DNA of 64,000 bases, from the NCBI GenBank assembly GCA_017428085.1, contig JAFRRP010000069.1, forward strand, positions 3,088-67,087, read 5' to 3'. The DNA is from Clostridia bacterium. GTDB lineage: Bacteria > Bacillota > Clostridia > Oscillospirales > Acutalibacteraceae. The notes beneath the pieces are model-generated. The model was not told the DNA's origin. It did not search any database and saw nothing but the letters and a program-made list of their open reading frames with translations. The translations under genes and the position numbers were made by a program. Shown piece by piece: positions 1 to 8,708 of this stretch; the first letter of the stretch is position 1, and every line of letters starts with the position of its first letter.

Positions 1-1
1 G

Positions 2-1300
2 TTTCCGCGGCCTATCGTCGTGTTCAATCCGCTGTCCTTCCCGGTGAAGGTCCCCGTGCGGTCGCTGAATCCTTCCCACACGGTGAAGGATGAACAGGGG
101 AACGACGTGCCCTTCCAGAACGTGCGCTCTTCCCGCTCCAACGATTCCCACCTTGATACGCTCTTCCTCGCGGACCTGCCCGCCTTCGGCTACCGCACCT
201 ACTGGATGGAGCTGAAAGACTGGGAGCACCCGGAACAGACCGCCGTCACGGGCGTGCAGGCCGAGGGCCTTACCGTGGAAAATGAGTATCTTTCCGTATC
301 GTTTGACGAAACAACGGGCTGCATCGTCAGCCTTGTGGATAAGACCTCCGGCTTTGACTACGCTTCGCCGGAAAAGCCCCTCGCCGTGCCCACGGTCATC
401 AAAGACGACAAGACCGACACCTGGGCGCACAACGTGTTCACCTTCCACAACGTCATGGGAGCCATGGCGCTGGAATCCATCGAGCTGGTGGAGACCGGCC
501 CGGCGCGGGCGGTGATCCGCACGAAGCACGTCTTCGGAAAATCCCGTCTCACGCAGGAGTTCATCCTCGGGGCGCAGCAGAAGACCCTGCGCGTCAAGTG
601 CAAGGCGCTGTGGCAGGAGCCGTTCACGCTGCTGAAGACCTCCTTCCCGGTGGCGGGGGACAACGCCGTCAACACCTACGAGATCCCCGGCGGCATGATC
701 CGCCGCCCCTGCGACGGGGACGAGGAGCCCGCGGGCAAGTTCGGCGCGATCAGCTTCGATAACGGCTGCCGCCGCACGCTGGCTCTGCTCAACGACAGCA
801 AGTACAGCTACGACTGCGTAGGCCTCGACCTGCGCCTGACGTGCCTGCGCAACGTGATCTTCGCGGACCACTACTCCCACCGCCCCGCCGCCGACTTCAA
901 CTTCTGCGACGAGGGCATGCTGCGGTTCGAGTACGGCGTGTACGTTTCCGACGGCGACGCCCCCGACACCGATGTGGCGAAGGAGGCCGTTCAGTTCAAC
1001 GTACGTCCCGCGGCGGTCAGCGAGAGCTTCCACAAGGGCGACGAACCCCAGACGAAGAGCATGATCTCCGTCAGCGCGGACAATATCGTGATGACCGCCT
1101 GCAAATTCTGTGAGGACGGCGGCGGCGACGCGGTGCTGCGGTTTTACGAGACGTCCGGCCGCGACACCCGCGCGCATATCGTCTGTGATATGCTGGACGC
1201 GGCCTTTACCGTCGATTTCGGCCCCTTCGAGGTCAAGACCTTCCGCATCGATGCCGAGGGCCGCGTGACGGAGACGAATTTCCTGGAAGGGATCGTATAA
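2..1300 (+). CDS. GH38 alpha-mannosidase, C-terminal part (gene starts upstream of the window)
   Basis: The frame is open from base 2, with no stop before the GTG at 20 used by the ORF track. The tail LALLNDSKYSYDC ... AVLRFYETSGRDT ... FEVKTFRI resembles the conserved C-terminal beta-sandwich of bacterial GH38 mannosidases. Codon usage is GC3-rich like the neighbours. Confidence 0.7.
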   Translation, partial: FPRPIVVFNPLSFPVKVPVRSLNPSHTVKDEQGNDVPFQNVRSSRSNDSHLDTLFLADLPAFGYRTYWMELKDWEHPEQTAVTGVQAEGLTVENEYLSVSFDETTGCIVSLVDKTSGFDYASPEKPLAVPTVIKDDKTDTWAHNVFTFHNVMGAMALESIELVETGPARAVIRTKHVFGKSRLTQEFILGAQQKTLRVKCKALWQEPFTLLKTSFPVAGDNAVNTYEIPGGMIRRPCDGDEEPAGKFGAISFDNGCRRTLALLNDSKYSYDCVGLDLRLTCLRNVIFADHYSHRPAADFNFCDEGMLRFEYGVYVSDGDAPDTDVAKEAVQFNVRPAAVSESFHKGDEPQTKSMISVSADNIVMTACKFCEDGGGDAVLRFYETSGRDTRAHIVCDMLDAAFTVDFGPFEVKTFRIDAEGRVTETNFLEGIV

Positions 1301-1320
1301 GGCGTTAACGGAGGCGTACC

Positions 1321-2616
1321 ATGACGGATCAGACCAAAGGCCTGAACCCCTTTTTACCCTTTGATACCTATATCCCGGACGGCGAGCCGAAGGTGTTCGG
1401 CGACCGCGTCTATCTTTACGGCTCTTGCGACCGGTTCGGCGGCGGGTACTGCTGCGACCGGTACCGCGTGTTCTCCGCGCCGTTGGCCGACCTGACGGAC
1501 TGGACCGACCACGGCGTTTCCTTTTCCGTGGCGGAGGTGCCCTGGTCGGACGCGGTGTTGTACGCGCCGGACGCGCTGGAAAAGGACGGGAAATATTATC
1601 TTTTCTTCTGCCTGTCGGACGGCACGGAGGGCGTGGCGGAGAGCGACTTTCCCGCGGGACCCTTCGGCAACGCCCGGCAGATCACGCTGAACGGCGCGCC
1701 GATCACGGGCATCGACCCCTCCGTGCTGGCGGATAACGGACGCGTTTACTATACGTGGGGGCAGTTCCGCCTTTGCATGGGCGAGCTGAACGACGACCTG
1801 TGTACGCTGAAGCCGGAGACCGTCCGCGAGGGCGTGCTGACCAACGGCGACGGCGCGGAGGGCTTCCACGAGGGTTCCTCCCTGCGCAAGATCGGAAACA
1901 AGTTTTGCCTGATCTACGCCTCCGAATACACCGGGGCGTGGCCTCACCGCGGCGGCAGGCCTACCAAATTGGATTACGCCGTAAGCGTAAGCCCCTACGG
2001 ACCCTATTCGCGGCGCGGCACGGTGATCGACAACGACGGCTGCGATCCCGCCACGTGGAACAACCACGGCTCCGTCGTCAAAATTGGCGGTCGGTGGTAT
2101 GTGTTTTATCACGCCTCGTCGAACGATTCGGAGGCGTCCCGCCGCGCCCGTGCGGAACGGCTGGCGGTGGATGAGGAGGGCGGCTTCATCACGCAGGCGG
2201 CTCCGACCACCAAAGGGTTCGCGGAAAAGCTGACGCCGGAGATGCTGACCTCCCCGGTACACGCCTGCCGATTCTTCGGCGGCGCGTACGTCACGCAGAC
2301 GCCGGAAGGGCGTTTCCCCGCCGTCGGGCTGCGAAGCGGCGCGGGCTTTGCCTTCAGCGAAACGGCGTTCACGGCGGGCGCGTATGCGCTGACGCTGCGG
2401 GGCCGGTTCTTTACGCAAACCGGGCTGCGCGTTTTTCTCGGCGATACGGAGGCGCTGCGGGCGACCGTCGCCCCCGATACGGCGGAAATAACGCTTCGGT
2501 TCAACGCGCCGTCAGCGGAGGTTTCGGTGACGCTGGCCTTTGACGGCCCGCCCGATACGCCGCTGTGCGAGATCGACGCGCTTCGCTTTACCCCCTGCGG
2601 ACCGCAATACCGTTGA
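1321..2616 (+). CDS. Glycoside hydrolase family 43-like (five-bladed propeller) with C-terminal beta-sandwich
   Basis: NPFLPFDTYIPDGEPKVFGDRVYLYGSCD, YAPDALEKDGKYYLFF and GRWYVFYHAS are GH43-style blade motifs. A GGAGG RBS at 1310-1314 sits 6 nt before ATG 1321. Confidence 0.7.
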   Translation: MTDQTKGLNPFLPFDTYIPDGEPKVFGDRVYLYGSCDRFGGGYCCDRYRVFSAPLADLTDWTDHGVSFSVAEVPWSDAVLYAPDALEKDGKYYLFFCLSDGTEGVAESDFPAGPFGNARQITLNGAPITGIDPSVLADNGRVYYTWGQFRLCMGELNDDLCTLKPETVREGVLTNGDGAEGFHEGSSLRKIGNKFCLIYASEYTGAWPHRGGRPTKLDYAVSVSPYGPYSRRGTVIDNDGCDPATWNNHGSVVKIGGRWYVFYHASSNDSEASRRARAERLAVDEEGGFITQAAPTTKGFAEKLTPEMLTSPVHACRFFGGAYVTQTPEGRFPAVGLRSGAGFAFSETAFTAGAYALTLRGRFFTQTGLRVFLGDTEALRATVAPDTAEITLRFNAPSAEVSVTLAFDGPPDTPLCEIDALRFTPCGPQYR

Positions 2617-2744
2617 GATGGTTTTTTTGCTTTTTTTTCGGCGTATACGCGCTTGACGCTTGATTTGCTGCGTTTTTCGGAATATAATAACAGATAGGGT
2701 TTGCCGCAGACAACCGCGGCGTGTTCCCGAAAAGGAGAATGAAT

Positions 2745-4064
2745 ATGAGTTTTGCGGAGATCTTTCAATGGTTCATCGGCATCGTTTTCGGGCTTACCTC
2801 GGTGCTCACCGTGATCCTGCCCTTCGGCGCCGCCCAGCGGCTGCAGGGCAATATCACGGATACGCTGCCCGTCACGCCGGAGGATTTCACCCCCGCCGTC
2901 CGTCTGGTGGCGTTCACGGATTCCCACAACCAGAACCATCACGTGGCGGACGCGATCGACACGGCATACGAGCTGTTTGACAACGACCCCGTCTACGCCG
3001 GTGTGGACGGCTTCTTCGGGCTGGGCGATTTTTCCAGCGTCGGTCAGGAGCCGGACTACGCCAATTACGCCGCCACCCTGCGCGAACACGTGCGGGAGGA
3101 GACGCCGATGATCAACATCCACGGTAACCACGAGTTCAAGAACGAGAATTACCGCGAGTATTTCATCCGGAACTTTGAGCAGGAGCCCGATACCGTGACA
3201 GAGATCAACGGCTTTTCCTGCATCGCCTTCTCCGGCGAAAAGGGCGCCACGGAATGGACCTTTACGGCCAAAAGCCTCAAATGGCTTTCCGACGCCATCG
3301 ACGAGGCGGAGGCCAAGGCGGACGGCAAGGCGGTGTTCGTGTTCCAGCACCCGCACCCCTGGGGCACCGTATACGGCTCCACCTACTGGGGCGACCCGCA
3401 GATCAACGTGGTGCTCAACGGCCACAACTGCGTGGTGGATTTTTCCGGCCACTCCCATTTCCCCATGAACGACCCCAGAAGCATCATCCAGACCAGTTAT
3501 ACCTCCGTTGGCTGCGGCGCCATGGCGACGTTTGAAACGGATAAGGACTACATCCCCGGCCAGCACCCCGACGGCTACGATCCGGCGGCGCAGATGTGCG
3601 TCATCGAGGCGGATAACGACGGCAGCGTGCGCATCCGCGGCTACGACCTGCTGTCCGATACCTTCTTCTGCGATTATTATATCGACAACGTGAACGACGT
3701 CGGCTCCTACGCCTATACCTACCGCAACATGCGCGCCCATGATTCCAAGCCGGTGTTCCCGGAGGACGCCTCCGCCGCCGCTTACCGGAACGACAACGGC
3801 GAGTGGGTGATCTCCTTTACGGAGGCCGCCTCCAACTACATCGTGCATGAGTACAAGGTGGTCATCAAGGACGAGAAGGGCCTTATCGTCTTCTCGGAGA
3901 ATTTCGTGGATGACTACTTCGTCATTGACGACGACAACACCGCCGATTTCCGCATCGGCACGGACACGCTGGAATCCGGTAAAACGTACACGCTGCGCGT
4001 GCGCGGCGAAAGCGCCTATCACCTGTATTCCGACTGGGTGGAGATGTCTTTCGTAGCGGAGTAA
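2745..4064 (+). CDS. Membrane-anchored calcineurin-like metallophosphoesterase
   Basis: Ordered motifs AFTDSHN, GLGD, GNHEF and GHSH are present. There is an N-terminal hydrophobic helix FIGIVFGLTSVLTVILPF. An AAAGGAG RBS at 2731-2737 lies 7 nt before ATG 2745. The ORF-track start at 2721 is an upstream GTG without an RBS. Confidence 0.75.
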   Translation: MSFAEIFQWFIGIVFGLTSVLTVILPFGAAQRLQGNITDTLPVTPEDFTPAVRLVAFTDSHNQNHHVADAIDTAYELFDNDPVYAGVDGFFGLGDFSSVGQEPDYANYAATLREHVREETPMINIHGNHEFKNENYREYFIRNFEQEPDTVTEINGFSCIAFSGEKGATEWTFTAKSLKWLSDAIDEAEAKADGKAVFVFQHPHPWGTVYGSTYWGDPQINVVLNGHNCVVDFSGHSHFPMNDPRSIIQTSYTSVGCGAMATFETDKDYIPGQHPDGYDPAAQMCVIEADNDGSVRIRGYDLLSDTFFCDYYIDNVNDVGSYAYTYRNMRAHDSKPVFPEDASAAAYRNDNGEWVISFTEAASNYIVHEYKVVIKDEKGLIVFSENFVDDYFVIDDDNTADFRIGTDTLESGKTYTLRVRGESAYHLYSDWVEMSFVAE

Positions 4065-4174
4065 CGTCCGCGCGGGCCGTAGAAAAAGAAGCGATAACGA
4101 CAAGGGGAGCGACGCAAACGCGCCGTTCCCCGGTTCTTTTATGAGAAGGAAAAGCGCTGCCGCGCAAAAGGTCG

Positions 4175-5941
4175 TCAGTCCCGCGCGAACAGCCGCGTTT
4201 CGCCTTCCTCCATCGAAAAAACGATCCTCCGGCCGGTCAGCGGCAAAGCGCCGTCCAACAGGTCCCGCAGCGTCGTTGCCGTGGGGAAGCGCAGCGTTTT
4301 CGTCCCGCCCGTCACGGCGTGTATGGCAACGTAGTGCGCGTTCACGTAGATAATATCGCCCGCGTCGGCGTACAGGTGCGTGCCGCATGCGCCGCAGAAC
4401 GTCCGCAGCTCCTCCACGGAGAAGAACGGGTCCCGGCCGATATTGCACAGATACGGCGTGCCGCTTTGACTGCATAAATCCATGGCGGCTTTTGCGCCCT
4501 CCGTCGCGATCCCCGTAAACAGGATCACGCCCTTGTATTTTCCGTAAACGGCGGGGAAATCGGATACGTCGTATATGTCGTAAGGCGCGCCCATATGCCC
4601 CAATGCCCCGCGCTGGCCGCAGATCGCGTTGCGCCGGTCGCAGTCGGTCATGCGGGCGTAGGCGCGTTCGTCGATGAACACGGCGATCTCGGCCATGCCG
4701 CCCCGGTCCGGTTTCGTCAGGGATTCCGTATAAATCTCACAAAAACGGGTCATTTCCGCCATCAGCGCCGGGTCGTCATACCAGCCGCCCCACATGTCGA
4801 ACCACCAGAAGCCGTTGCCCTTGATCAATTGCCGGGCAAAGGATTTCCGCATCTGCGCGATCGCCGTTTTCCGGTCCGGCAGACCGTGCCAGATGGGGGC
4901 GGTCAGTATGCGCCGCGGGTCGTATTCCGGCGCGCGCTCGCAAAGGAGCTTCGTCAGGTGGGTGCGGATATCGCATTCCTGAACGCACAGCTTGCCGTGG
5001 AGCCGCACGGAATCCGCCGCGTACATCTCCGTCCAGTCCGCGTCCGTCCCGCGTATGCCTAAATAGGAATTGGGGGAGCAGATAAAGTCGATATCGTCGC
5101 ACTCCAGCAGCGTTTGCAGCGCGTGGGTGCCGTACAGGGGCGAAGGCACCTCCAGCGCGTAGCCGTAAAACGCGCCGACCACGACGCCCTCCCCGGCGGT
5201 TTCCTTCGCCGTCCGCGCCAGACGCGCCACGGCCCGCGCCGCCGCCTCGCTTGCGAATTCCAGATACGCGGCAAGGTACGGCGAGCCGTGGCAGGGTCCT
5301 TCTCCGTTCAAAAGGGAAAGGTCGGGCAGCCCGGCAAACGGCAGATCGGGGCGATTTTTCGCCAGAAACGCCGCAAAGCCCTTTTCCGCCGCGGGGGAAA
5401 GCCCGGCGTTCCTGTCAAAGTGGAACCACTCCTCCGTGTCGCCGCCCGCCAGATGGTACCCGGCGATCCGATCCCGGTAGCAGCTCCCGTTCACGTGGGC
5501 GATCAGCCGCCGCAGCATATCCTCCGCGAAGGCCCTCCATTCCTCCGAAAACAGCGATTCCCGTTCTCCGGAGCCGTCCGTTTCCTCCGGGTGCGTCCGC
5601 AGCCACCGGTCCGGCGCGCAGAGATTGACGCGGGGAAGCAGATACGCCTCCGGGCACGCGGCAAGGATGCGCCGCACGGACGCGTCGAACCCGGTGAAAT
5701 CCGCCTCTGCTTCGTCAAACATGCCCTTCCCGAAGGGGCGGAACCCCTTGGTCGCGCTGATCCACTTGCCCGCGCACAGCGCCGGGAAGGAGAACAGCCG
5801 GTACCCCGCCTTCGCAAAGTCCTCGTACCGGGCGTACTCCTCCAGATAGGTCATGTACGCCGCCGCCGGAAAAGGCCTGTCGCCGTGAAACAGCGTCGGC
5901 ACGCCGTTGTGCCGCCGGACGGAAAACCCCGCGCTTCGCAT
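4175..5941 (-). CDS. Putative glycoside hydrolase (TIM-barrel-like; family not assignable by eye)
   Basis: 588-aa ORF with GC3-biased, non-repetitive composition. An AAGGGGGA RBS precedes ATG 5941. It is embedded between CAZyme genes. The N-terminus VPTLFHGDRPFPAAAYMTY...YRLFSF looks like GH42/GH35-type proteins, but I cannot confirm the family. Confidence 0.55.
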   Translation of the reverse strand: MRSAGFSVRRHNGVPTLFHGDRPFPAAAYMTYLEEYARYEDFAKAGYRLFSFPALCAGKWISATKGFRPFGKGMFDEAEADFTGFDASVRRILAACPEAYLLPRVNLCAPDRWLRTHPEETDGSGERESLFSEEWRAFAEDMLRRLIAHVNGSCYRDRIAGYHLAGGDTEEWFHFDRNAGLSPAAEKGFAAFLAKNRPDLPFAGLPDLSLLNGEGPCHGSPYLAAYLEFASEAAARAVARLARTAKETAGEGVVVGAFYGYALEVPSPLYGTHALQTLLECDDIDFICSPNSYLGIRGTDADWTEMYAADSVRLHGKLCVQECDIRTHLTKLLCERAPEYDPRRILTAPIWHGLPDRKTAIAQMRKSFARQLIKGNGFWWFDMWGGWYDDPALMAEMTRFCEIYTESLTKPDRGGMAEIAVFIDERAYARMTDCDRRNAICGQRGALGHMGAPYDIYDVSDFPAVYGKYKGVILFTGIATEGAKAAMDLCSQSGTPYLCNIGRDPFFSVEELRTFCGACGTHLYADAGDIIYVNAHYVAIHAVTGGTKTLRFPTATTLRDLLDGALPLTGRRIVFSMEEGETRLFARD

Positions 5942-6113
5942 ACCGCGTCCCCCTTTTTTGAATCGTTACGGCTTTACTGTACCATATTCCGGCAGGGAAA
6001 TCAATACGGCGACTGGCGACTGACGACAGATTTCCGGTATTGCTTTTTTTCTTCTTTCATACTACAATACAATCAAACAGGCTGCGCGGTTTGCCGGATG
6101 CGGCCGCCGCGCA

Positions 6114-8690
6114 ATGAAAAGGAGAATTCGCCGGATGAATACGTTTTACGATCCCCAAGCCAAACTTTGGCGCAACCGCACCGCCCTGCGGCTGCCGCGC
6201 CACGACCTGTTTTTCGGCACGCCGGAACACCGCCCCACGGCGGGCGTCCCCATCGGCGACGGCGACACCGGGTCGCTGCTGTGGCTGGAAAAGGACGGCG
6301 TCCATATCCACGTCAACAAGTGCGATCTGTGGCAGGACGCGCCTCCCGGCGTCACGTGGGACGACGCCTGCTACTGCTCCGGCCACGAGGAGGAGCTGAC
6401 CTGCTGCCGGCACGCCGGCGAGATCACCCTGCGGCTCAACAGCCCGGCGTTCGAGTATCTCTACCAAAAGGCGTTCACGGCGCGGCTGTCCCTGACGGAC
6501 GCCGCCGCCCTGCTGGAAAGCGTTACGCCCTTCGGCGCCGTCCGCGCCCGCGCCTTCGCGGAAAACGGCGTCACGGCTCTGTCCTGTGAAGTGACCTCCG
6601 GGGAAGGGGAGGCGCCGGAGATCCGCCTGTCCCGCTGGGGCAGCCGCAACCTGTGGCGCTGGTACTGCCAGCAGAAATTCGTGCCGGAAACGGGACTGGA
6701 AGGTACGCAGTCCTACGCGCAGGACGACGGTCTTTTTATCACGCAGGAGCTGAACGCCACCCAATTCTGTATCGGACTGCGCCTTGTAACGGAGGAAACG
6801 CCGGAACGCGTCTACCGTCCCAACGGCCATTCCGCCGCCATCCGGCTGGAAAACGCCCCCGCCCACCGCTTTACGCTGTTCTGGACGGTCAAGACCGGCG
6901 ACACGGTCGAGCAGGCGAAGGCCGCCTGTCAAAAGGCGCTGGCAGAGGCAGCCGCAGCGGGCGAACCCGCGTTGTACAAAGCGCACCGGGCGGCGTGGGC
7001 TTCCTTCTGGGAGCGCTCCTGCCTGTCGGTCCCGGACGACTATCTGGAAAACATCTGGTACCTGTACCTTTATTATATGAACAGCGAAAGCCGCGGCGCG
7101 TACCCCCCGCACTTCACCAGCGGCCTGTGGGGCTTTTACCACGACTATATCGCGTGGAACTACTACTTCCACTACAACGAGCAGCACATGTATATCCCGC
7201 TGGAGCAGGCGGGCCACCCGGAGCTGGCAGACAACTACTTCGCCCTGCGCAAAAACGGCGTGGAAAAGAACCGCCTGTACGCACAGATCGTCAAGGGCAA
7301 AAAGGGCGTCTTCCTGCACGACGTGACGGACCGCTTCGGCCGCGGCGCGGAATACGACCTGCTGAACGCCACCCCCGGCGCGCAGGCCGCCATGCAGATG
7401 TGGCGGCACTGGCGCTATACGGGCGACGAAGCCTTCCTGCGGGGCACCGCCCTGCCCTTCATGCGGGAGGTGGTCTGCTTCTATCTCGACATGTTCAACA
7501 AAGAGGAAGACGGCCTGTACCATATCCACGGCACCACCGCCTACGAGGGCAACGCCCCCACCGACGACACGCTGACGGATATCGTCATGGCCCGCACGCT
7601 GTTCGCAACGTACCTGCCCTACGCGGAGCCGGAGCAAAGGGCCGCCATGGAGGACGTGCTGGCGCACCTGCCGCCTGATCTGCTGCTGCCGCTGGAGGAC
7701 CCGGAGGACTGGGACGGCGAGACCTTCTCCTACGGCATCGGCAAGGGGCAGCGCCCCGTGGGGGAGGGCAAGGTCTTCGGTATCGGGTACCGGGACGGCG
7801 CGCCCGTGCGCAAATCCTACGGCGAACCCGACTGCCCCAAGCGCGGCTACGGCTTCCCGGATATCGAATTCGTCACCCTGTACCCGACGGGCGAAACGGG
7901 CCTGAAGGACCGGGGAACGCCGGTGTTCGACGCGATGACCGACCAGACGCTGCTGCACGAAACGGGCGAAAGGACCGGTCACTGGAACATGCTGCCCATT
8001 TATTTGGCGCGCATGGGCATGGGGGCGGAGCTGTTCAGGACCGCCCGCGCCATGCTGTCCAACTACCAGGGCTTCCCCAACGGCTTCAACGCCGAGGGCG
8101 GCGAGGTGGGCACGCTGATGCGCGACGCGCCGGCGTTTTACAACGTCACCAACACGCTGAACGGGGAAAAGCACCTGCTGCGCTCGGACGAATTCGTCCA
8201 CTTCGATTTTGAAACGGAGCCCATCATCGCGGAGGCGCTGGCGGAAGGGCTGCTGCAAAGCCACGAGGGCCTTTTGCGGCTGTGCCCCGCCGTGGAATCG
8301 CTGCCGGTTTCGTTCCGCCTGTTCGCGGAGGGCGGTTTTGCCGTGGGCGCGGAATTCACGGAGCAGGGCTTCGTCGTCACCGTGGAGAGCTTACGCGGCG
8401 AGCCCTGTTATCTCGCGCTGCCTGAATGCTTTGCGGAAACGCCAGTGTTTGCTTATATCGCGCCGAAAGACGGCGGCTTCGTCCCGGCGGAGGCAAAAAA
8501 GACCGTCCTCGGCCGGGAAACGGTCTATGATTTCTCCGCTTTGCGGGCGGGCGAAACGCTGCTGCTGGCAAGCGTTCCGATCGAGGCGCTGACGCCTGTC
8601 ACGCCCCAAAAGGAAGCCCCCAACGCGGAAATGAAACAGTGCGGCAGGGCCGTACTGGGTTCCCCCGCGCTGATGCGGAATACGGACTGA
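6114..8690 (+). CDS. Putative (alpha/alpha)6 glycoside hydrolase, GH95-like
   Basis: 858-aa ORF. The N-terminal segment GVPIGDGDTGSLLWLE..GVHIHVNKCDLW and the C-terminal LLQSHEGLLRLCPAVESLP resemble GH95/DUF5703-type enzymes. An alternative start at ATG 6135 has an AAAGGAG RBS 10 nt upstream. Confidence 0.55.
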   Translation: MKRRIRRMNTFYDPQAKLWRNRTALRLPRHDLFFGTPEHRPTAGVPIGDGDTGSLLWLEKDGVHIHVNKCDLWQDAPPGVTWDDACYCSGHEEELTCCRHAGEITLRLNSPAFEYLYQKAFTARLSLTDAAALLESVTPFGAVRARAFAENGVTALSCEVTSGEGEAPEIRLSRWGSRNLWRWYCQQKFVPETGLEGTQSYAQDDGLFITQELNATQFCIGLRLVTEETPERVYRPNGHSAAIRLENAPAHRFTLFWTVKTGDTVEQAKAACQKALAEAAAAGEPALYKAHRAAWASFWERSCLSVPDDYLENIWYLYLYYMNSESRGAYPPHFTSGLWGFYHDYIAWNYYFHYNEQHMYIPLEQAGHPELADNYFALRKNGVEKNRLYAQIVKGKKGVFLHDVTDRFGRGAEYDLLNATPGAQAAMQMWRHWRYTGDEAFLRGTALPFMREVVCFYLDMFNKEEDGLYHIHGTTAYEGNAPTDDTLTDIVMARTLFATYLPYAEPEQRAAMEDVLAHLPPDLLLPLEDPEDWDGETFSYGIGKGQRPVGEGKVFGIGYRDGAPVRKSYGEPDCPKRGYGFPDIEFVTLYPTGETGLKDRGTPVFDAMTDQTLLHETGERTGHWNMLPIYLARMGMGAELFRTARAMLSNYQGFPNGFNAEGGEVGTLMRDAPAFYNVTNTLNGEKHLLRSDEFVHFDFETEPIIAEALAEGLLQSHEGLLRLCPAVESLPVSFRLFAEGGFAVGAEFTEQGFVVTVESLRGEPCYLALPECFAETPVFAYIAPKDGGFVPAEAKKTVLGRETVYDFSALRAGETLLLASVPIEALTPVTPQKEAPNAEMKQCGRAVLGSPALMRNTD

Positions 8691-8708
8691 CGCGAATAGG
8701 ATACAGAG

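Noticed and set aside
2109-4475. 788-aa minus-strand ORF overlapping the GH43 and metallophosphoesterase genes
   Set aside because: Its composition is Arg/Ala/Gly/Val-rich low complexity, typical of antisense shadow ORFs in GC-rich DNA. There is no RBS, and the plus-strand genes have clear family motifs.
5114-8264. Long overlapping ORFs 5114-6589 (+) and 6057-8264 (-)
   Set aside because: Both are Arg/Pro/Gly-rich shadows of the real genes 4175-5941 (-) and 6114-8690 (+). Neither has a motif or an RBS.
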